Below, one piece after another: positions 58,515-64,000 of a DNA stretch of 64,000 bases (position 1 is its first letter; every line of letters begins with the position of its first letter). Both the position numbers and the translations under genes were made by a program. The notes beneath the pieces are model-generated. The model searched no databases. It was not told where the DNA came from and saw nothing but the letters and a program-made list of their open reading frames with translations. This DNA comes from an uncultured Methanolobus sp. (GTDB lineage: Archaea; Halobacteriota; Methanosarcinia; Methanosarcinales; Methanosarcinaceae): positions 2,080,001 through 2,144,000 of the forward strand of contig OY776215.1 of assembly GCA_963675495.1 (NCBI GenBank), read 5' to 3'.

Positions 58515-59545
58515 TATTGCCCTCCATTTTCTTTCAGGGGCCTGAGTATATTTTCGCAGTCTTCAGTGGAATATACTTTAATAATCTTTTCTGCCAGCCT
58601 TTTACAGTACCCGCATTTATTGCAGACCTTAGTACATTGCTTCCACTGGGATATTGCATCATCAAGTTCTTTATTGGGTATGTAGAACAGGTCCTTTAGA
58701 TCCTTGGGACAATCCAGCAGGTCCATGAGGTTACCGTCATATGATTCATTTGCATAGGCCTGAACATTGTTAAGTATCCAATTTGGGAAATGCGTTCTTC
58801 CACCGATTTTGAATATGTCCGTTATATGCCTGTATTCCTTGAGGTCTTCCGGTCTTATCCATGGGGATTTGATAAGTTGTTGCGGGTCACTTATCCTGAG
58901 TGAAAGGCACTTGTAATAATAGTAATCATCAAGTACATTCAATTTTGGACCCGGTCCGTTTGCGTGGGAGAAAAAATTGAAGTGTGCATACCTGAAAGGA
59001 CACTGATAAAGGCATCCTTCGTTCACAAGTAGTTTCAGGTCAGTGGAAACCGCATCTCGGATCGCTTCAAGTTTATCGAAATCCCGGTTGACTGCCGGAT
59101 CTATTACTATAGTATCTGCTCCAAGGTTTTCATAGAACTCTGCCTTCTGCGGAGAATCCACAAATGAAAGGACTGATACTACAACTTCCATATCATATTC
59201 CTTTGCAAGCATTTCCACAAAATAAGGCTCAGCAACAGTTATGGAATCTATTCCCAGATTATTGAGCTGCTTAAAATACCAGCTGATCCTGTTGTATCCT
59301 TCAGGGGTGAGGTGCTGTCCGCCCATGCATGAGCTGTTAAGGACGATTTCCATTTTGACGCCTTTCTCATGGGCATACTCGGTTTGTTCGGCTATCTCCT
59401 CAAGTCCCGGTGCACTGAGATTAGTTCTGCCGGTTCCTACATAATCGGGATTACCGGCCATGTAAATTCCATATATGTCTTTGGAATTGGTAAGCAATTC
59501 CTCAAGTCCCTCAAAGTGACCTACATGGGGCGCATAAAGTTTCAT
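58514..59545 (-). CDS. Peptidase U32 family Fe-S protein
   Basis: NEGCLYQC...H, KC, RPED, FKIGGRT, C-terminal CxxxCxxCxxC. Confidence 0.85.
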   Translation of the reverse strand: MKLYAPHVGHFEGLEELLTNSKDIYGIYMAGNPDYVGTGRTNLSAPGLEEIAEQTEYAHEKGVKMEIVLNSSCMGGQHLTPEGYNRISWYFKQLNNLGIDSITVAEPYFVEMLAKEYDMEVVVSVLSFVDSPQKAEFYENLGADTIVIDPAVNRDFDKLEAIRDAVSTDLKLLVNEGCLYQCPFRYAHFNFFSHANGPGPKLNVLDDYYYYKCLSLRISDPQQLIKSPWIRPEDLKEYRHITDIFKIGGRTHFPNWILNNVQAYANESYDGNLMDLLDCPKDLKDLFYIPNKELDDAISQWKQCTKVCNKCGYCKRLAEKIIKVYSTEDCENILRPLKENGGQ

Positions 59546-59635
59546 CGTTTGGTGGTACTCTTTAATTTAGATAAGTATTTTGGTTCCTGTAAACAAAGCA
59601 AAAATCTTATCACTTGGTACTCTAACCACTTAGTC

Positions 59636-60448
59636 ATGATATTAGGTGCTTCATCCTTTGCAGGTAGCTTTTCTGAAATCGCTTCTGAATTACAGTCAGT
59701 AGAACTATACATGCCAAAACTCGGTGTGTATAAAGATTCCATATTGCAGAAAGTTCTCATTGAGTCAATAATTGATGAACTTTCGGCATTTGATCTTCAA
59801 ACGTCTCTACATGCTCCTTATTATTCAGATGTTCCAACTTATCCTAAAGATGTGGTAGTTGACACAGCTAGTATGGGTGAAAGGGAGTTTCGTCTTATCC
59901 GGGAATCCATTGACCTTGCTTCACGACTTGGATCAAAGGCCATTGTCCTGCATCCAGGTAGATTTGACAGTGATCATGAAGCATGTTTCAACAAAATGAT
60001 ATCCAACCTGAAAGTCCTTGCTGCTTATGCAGAGGAATGCGGTGTTATGCTGGGGCTTGAGAACAAAGAAGGTACTTCAACCGGCAATATGTGTTGCAAT
60101 GCCGAAGAACTTGTCCGAGCTGTGACTGAAGTTAATTCTGGCAGTCTTGGTGCAACCTTCGATATAGGTCATGCGAACCTAACCTGTGGTGGTGACTCTG
60201 CAAAACTTCATGAATTTGCAAAGACACTTGCTCCGCATGTGATTCACGTGCATGTCCATGACAATGGCGGGGTCTGGACAGGTGAGTATGATGGGGATGA
60301 GCATCTGGCTCCTGGCGCAGGTACTATTGATTATACTGCCTTGAAAGAGCTGAAGAACTACAAAGGCATCTACAATATGGAAGTTTTCTCAATTGAAGAT
60401 GTCCGTTTAGGAAAAGAAACAATAAAAAAAACGTTTGGTATTCTGTAA
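59636..60448 (+). CDS. AP-endonuclease-2 / sugar-phosphate isomerase TIM-barrel protein
   Basis: LHAP, VLHPG, LEN, FDIGHA, HVHD, DEHLAPG; true start ATG 59636. Confidence 0.85.
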   Translation: MILGASSFAGSFSEIASELQSVELYMPKLGVYKDSILQKVLIESIIDELSAFDLQTSLHAPYYSDVPTYPKDVVVDTASMGEREFRLIRESIDLASRLGSKAIVLHPGRFDSDHEACFNKMISNLKVLAAYAEECGVMLGLENKEGTSTGNMCCNAEELVRAVTEVNSGSLGATFDIGHANLTCGGDSAKLHEFAKTLAPHVIHVHVHDNGGVWTGEYDGDEHLAPGAGTIDYTALKELKNYKGIYNMEVFSIEDVRLGKETIKKTFGIL

Positions 60449-60502
60449 TGAGCAATTTAGGAGTCAGATTTGTTTTTGATTACCAATTTCTGGCTTCAAA
60501 CC

Positions 60503-60913
60503 TTAAATGCTATAGTTAGGTGGCACTACCAGTACAAGTACGTCAGACATCTGCAATACTTTTTCGGTGACAGATCCGACAAGTTTTTTCAAACCATTCT
60601 TGCCCTGTGTGCCAATGACTATGCGGTCAACACTCATATCTTCAGCAACTTCGACAATTTTCTCAGCGGCGCTACCATCCTCTATGATGGTTTTTATTTT
60701 TTCCCTGTTGCATCCTGTCTCTAAAAGAATGTCTACGATTGTGGAAATTACGTGGTCAGCCCCTTCTTTTTGCCACGTCTTCCTTGAGAACCCCTTATCC
60801 GGGACGACATGGAGGATAATTAGCTCATAATCATGTTTTAAAGCTATTTTTCCTGCAACTTTGGCTGCATTTGAAGAATAAATTGAACCATCTGTAGGGA
60901 TGAGTATTTTCAT
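60503..60913 (-). CDS. Universal stress protein
   Basis: ILIPTDGS, IVIGTQG, GSVTEKV. Confidence 0.92.
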   Translation of the reverse strand: MKILIPTDGSIYSSNAAKVAGKIALKHDYELIILHVVPDKGFSRKTWQKEGADHVISTIVDILLETGCNREKIKTIIEDGSAAEKIVEVAEDMSVDRIVIGTQGKNGLKKLVGSVTEKVLQMSDVLVLVVPPNYSI

Positions 60914-61014
60914 TCTATTTCTGAACTGTACAAGTTATTCTTAAATATGTTGGAATACTATTATGTAATACAATGGCTGCAATACACTATGTGTGTCAGT
61001 CTGATAATTGGTGA

Positions 61015-61488
61015 ATGTCCATGAACAAATACCGCAAATTCAAAAAGATGAATAACAAAAGTTATTCCGATGTAACTCGGTTTTTGAAAGAGACAACACA
61101 TCTTACGGCAAGGGAATGGGTCATCTCCCGGATGTGTGCTGATTTTAAGAATCTCTCCAACCAGTCTGAAATGACATGGATCGGTGAGAACCTTCCTGAG
61201 CTTGTTCCTTTCATGGATGAGTCTTATTCGAGGCAGGAAGTCTCAAATGCCAGATCATCTTTCAAGAAAAAGGTTCAGCGCAGCGGTACTACGTTCTTTT
61301 ACGCATATTATGCAGGCCTTATAACGCAGGAAGAAATGCTGTCGATGATCCACCAGATGGTAACAGATATTAAAAAACTGATGGACACAGAAGGTAGCGA
61401 GGTTCCTGAAGAGCATGCTACTGAGGTTCAGATGCTCGTCGCCGAGGTCCTGAGGAATATAAATGAATCACTGGATGAAGAGTATTAG
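61015..61488 (+). CDS. Conserved euryarchaeal protein (DUF5806-like)
   Basis: LTAREW, EMTWIGENLP, TFFYAYY. Confidence 0.7.
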   Translation: MSMNKYRKFKKMNNKSYSDVTRFLKETTHLTAREWVISRMCADFKNLSNQSEMTWIGENLPELVPFMDESYSRQEVSNARSSFKKKVQRSGTTFFYAYYAGLITQEEMLSMIHQMVTDIKKLMDTEGSEVPEEHATEVQMLVAEVLRNINESLDEEY

Positions 61489-61760
61489 CACTCTTCAAGC
61501 CCATTTCGTTTACAATAGTTGAAATATCCAAGCAACATTCTCATCTCGATCTGCCTGATATACCTTGCCTGCACTTTGGATACATGCAAAGTGTTGTCTC
61601 CCATTTTCAGCTTTATGTCTGAATCCTTGGGCACACTCATGTCTGCAGAGACTATGGCAGGCCCGCCGCAGGTAGTGCACAGGCGGTAGTCCTTTTTAGA
61701 ATTGCAGATAAAGTCTTCAACTTCAGTTTCAACTTTTATTTCTCTGGGGGTGTCTATCAT
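61485..61760 (-). CDS. Small hypothetical protein (HesB-like CxxCGGP)
   Basis: DYRLCTTCGGP, PKDSD. Confidence 0.6.
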   Translation of the reverse strand: MIDTPREIKVETEVEDFICNSKKDYRLCTTCGGPAIVSADMSVPKDSDIKLKMGDNTLHVSKVQARYIRQIEMRMLLGYFNYCKRNGLEEC

Positions 61761-61865
61761 GTGTACAAGGCAGTATTCTGTATACTTAAATCTTATCCAA
61801 TATTATCCTTTTATGTGGGGCTTATCAGGGCAAATTTAAATTCAATGAGTTGTATTGTTAGACCC

Positions 61866-62156
61866 ATGTTGATGAAAGACAGGGGTAAACTGGTCATATG
61901 GCCTGCGTACATCGATAAGACCAAATCAAGGCGTGAAGGCCGTATTGTCTCCAGAAAGACTTCGGTGGAGTCCCCGACTATCAATGAAATAGATCAGGCG
62001 GCACAAAAACTAGGGCTTAATCCGGAGGTTGAGGCAGAAAAGGCTTACCCTCGCAGCTGGTGGGATACTAAAGGCAGGGTACTTATTGATAATACTGCAC
62101 CAAAGACCCATCTATCCAGAAGGATATGCTCTGCTATCAAGGAAATGCGTTCCTGA
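61866..62156 (+). CDS. srp19: Signal recognition particle protein SRP19
   Basis: IWPAYID, SRREGR, YPRSWW. Confidence 0.93.
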   Translation: MLMKDRGKLVIWPAYIDKTKSRREGRIVSRKTSVESPTINEIDQAAQKLGLNPEVEAEKAYPRSWWDTKGRVLIDNTAPKTHLSRRICSAIKEMRS

Positions 62157-62201
62157 TAGTTCACTATTTTATTTCAAAAAAAAGAATGATTAGAATATGG
62201 C

Positions 62202-62381
62202 TTATGCTATTGGCCACATTCCGAAGTTTGCATCAAGTATAAGGATAATAATTCCGATAACTACGCCGATGGTCATCACAGTTTTCGGGTTTATGTGTAT
62301 TGCTCTTTTGTCAGCTTCATAATAGCGCATAAGACCGGCAGATGACATCAAACCGTTACCGCTGGATTTCTTCTTTGACAT
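62202..62381 (-). CDS. secG: Preprotein translocase subunit Sec61beta (59 aa; absent from ORF track)
   Basis: MSKKKSSGNGLMSSAGLMRYYEAD...INPKTV plus TM helix; GGAG RBS. Confidence 0.92.
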   Translation of the reverse strand: MSKKKSSGNGLMSSAGLMRYYEADKRAIHINPKTVMTIGVVIGIIILILDANFGMWPIA

Positions 62382-62488
62382 TTTTATCTCCGTATTTATT
62401 GTTTATATCTATTGTTAATTAGATATTATTGGTTATTATTAATTTATTTGTCCCTTCCATGTAATTAATGGTTTAAAAGACTGTGCCT

Positions 62489-63508
62489 TCATGCAAGGAG
62501 TTCATCCAGTAAAAATGGTGGATAGAATACTCCTTTTTCTGTGATGACTGCGGTGACATTCTCCATTGGTGTTGCATCGAATGCGGGATTATACACTTTT
62601 ACATCTGCAGGTGCTATCTGCACATCCTTGAAGAAACGTAACTCATTTGCATCTCTCTCCTCAATAGTAACGGTGTCTTCCCAGTTATTCGGATCAAATG
62701 TGGATACTGGTGCTGCAACAAAGAATGGGATCTCGTGCTCTCGTGCGATTACTGAGTGGGTGTAGGTCCCTATTTTATTGAAGACTGCATCTCCTGTTAT
62801 CCTGTCAGCACCTACGATTACCTTGTCTACCATGCCTTTGCTCATGACATGTCCTGACATGGAATCGGTGATAAGTGTCACATCTATATTGTCCTGCATG
62901 AGTTCCCAGGTAGTGATCCTGCCGCCCTGGTTCAGTGGTCGTGTCTCGCAGGCAATGACCTTTATTTCTTTACCTGTCTCAACAGCAGAGCGGATCACTC
63001 CAATTGCTGTTCCCCAGTCGACACATGCCATCTTTCCTGCATTGCAGTGAGTCATGACGGTATCGCCATCTTCCAGTAGTTTTGCTCCGTATTTTCCCAG
63101 TTTCTTGTTAGTTGCCACATCTTCATCGGCAATATTCTTCGCTTCGGACAGCACTACGTCTTTGATACCATCGCGGTCGTATGCATCCGAAATGGCTCTC
63201 ATTGTCCTGTCAACGCCCCATGCAAGGTTAACTGCTGTAGGTCGGGTTGCTTTCATTGTCTTTGCAGCTATCTCCAGATCCCTGATGAGGGCTTCCATGT
63301 TGCTGGAACTGCTGAGGGTTGCGGCAAGTGCAATACCATAGGCACCGGCAGCTCCCAATGCAGGAGCACCCCTTACGCGCAGGGATTTGATAGCCTCACA
63401 GAGCGAGGCAAGCGTTTTGCATTCAATGACCTTGTACTCCAGTGGGAGAAGTGTCTGGTCTATCATTACGATTGAAGCTGATTCATCATTCCAGTCTATG
63501 GTTCTCAT
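62489..63508 (-). CDS. mtnA: S-methyl-5-thioribose-1-phosphate isomerase (eIF2B-like)
   Basis: DQTLLP, VRGAPA, TRPTAVNL, THCNAG, NKIGTY; start reassigned to MRTIDW. Confidence 0.92.
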   Translation of the reverse strand: MRTIDWNDESASIVMIDQTLLPLEYKVIECKTLASLCEAIKSLRVRGAPALGAAGAYGIALAATLSSSSNMEALIRDLEIAAKTMKATRPTAVNLAWGVDRTMRAISDAYDRDGIKDVVLSEAKNIADEDVATNKKLGKYGAKLLEDGDTVMTHCNAGKMACVDWGTAIGVIRSAVETGKEIKVIACETRPLNQGGRITTWELMQDNIDVTLITDSMSGHVMSKGMVDKVIVGADRITGDAVFNKIGTYTHSVIAREHEIPFFVAAPVSTFDPNNWEDTVTIEERDANELRFFKDVQIAPADVKVYNPAFDATPMENVTAVITEKGVFYPPFLLDELLA

Positions 63509-63639
63509 GCTATCTGCTCTTTTATAGGTATGAACTGGGATAAAAATGTAAAGGTCGAAATATTCAGTTTTATGTCCTGTGGGAATCGAACAATTCATTT
63601 GCCTTCCTTTTATATACTCCATTCTCCTAATATCAGCCA

Positions 63640-64000
63640 ATGCAAAAACCCCTGATAATCCACGACCCTGTTCACAAGACCATCATACTTGATGAGTTCG
63701 AGCAGATGCTTCTGAGCAACAGGCACGTACAGCGCCTGCGTCATATACAGCAACTGGGGTTAGTGGATAATGTCTATCCCGGTGCAAACCACACTCGTTT
63801 TGAACACAGCATCGGAACCATGCACATGGCATCAGTAATTGGACAATCCCTATCACTTGAGGCTGAAGACATACGCAAAATAAGGCTTGCCGGACTCCTA
63901 CACGATGTGGGTCACTCTGCATTCTCACATGCGGTTGAAAATGTGCTCAAACGCAATCCTTTGTTACAGCCAGTTATCGAGGGTAAGAAATTCATCAAAC
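63640..64000 (+). CDS. HD-domain phosphohydrolase (dNTPase/SAMHD1-like), truncated by window end
   Basis: IHDPVH, QRLRHIQQLG, YPGANHTRFEHSIG, LLHDVGHSAFSH. Confidence 0.9.
   Translation, partial: MQKPLIIHDPVHKTIILDEFEQMLLSNRHVQRLRHIQQLGLVDNVYPGANHTRFEHSIGTMHMASVIGQSLSLEAEDIRKIRLAGLLHDVGHSAFSHAVENVLKRNPLLQPVIEGKKFIK

Noticed and set aside
59369-59635. N-terminal 89-aa extension of the TIM-barrel ORF
   Set aside because: Overlaps the U32 gene on the opposite strand; the domain starts at ATG 59636
63509-63640. N-terminal extension of mtnA
   Set aside because: Occupies the divergent promoter shared with the HD gene; family homology starts at MRTIDW
1-64000. CRISPR array, tRNA, rRNA, intact IS element, NrpR operator (GGAA-N6-TTCC)
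   Set aside because: None recognised by eye; tRNAscan-SE, Infernal and motif scans would be needed to exclude them firmly

Overview
A 64-kb chromosomal window from a methylotrophic methanogenic archaeon of the Methanosarcinaceae, most likely Methanolobus-like. This is inferred from the complete mtrEDCBAFGH operon, cysteate-synthase coenzyme M pathway, NrpRII, second RFC small subunit, Thg1, SRP19 and Sec61beta. The first ~2.25 kb is the AT-rich edge of an accessory island: a BsuBI/PstI-like N6-adenine methyltransferase and a truncated SSV1-type integrase. The rest is mostly core genome. Features missing from the ORF track: a clear box C/D guide RNA at 46054-46117, a Sec61beta gene, a 43-aa Cys/His micro-protein, a partial HD-domain gene and three structured intergenic RNA candidates. 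The best candidates for undescribed systems are (i) a soluble ABC-ATPase / HypB-like GTPase / Fe-S protein trio inside the coenzyme M operon, facing methanogenesis marker 16 (ComF); (ii) a U32 Fe-S protein translationally coupled to a Cys-rich partner directly upstream of mtr; and (iii) a wHTH-MinD/ParA pair near an AT-rich spacer with a duplicated palindrome. No tRNA, rRNA or CRISPR array was recognised. All calls come from reading motifs by eye; no searches were run.
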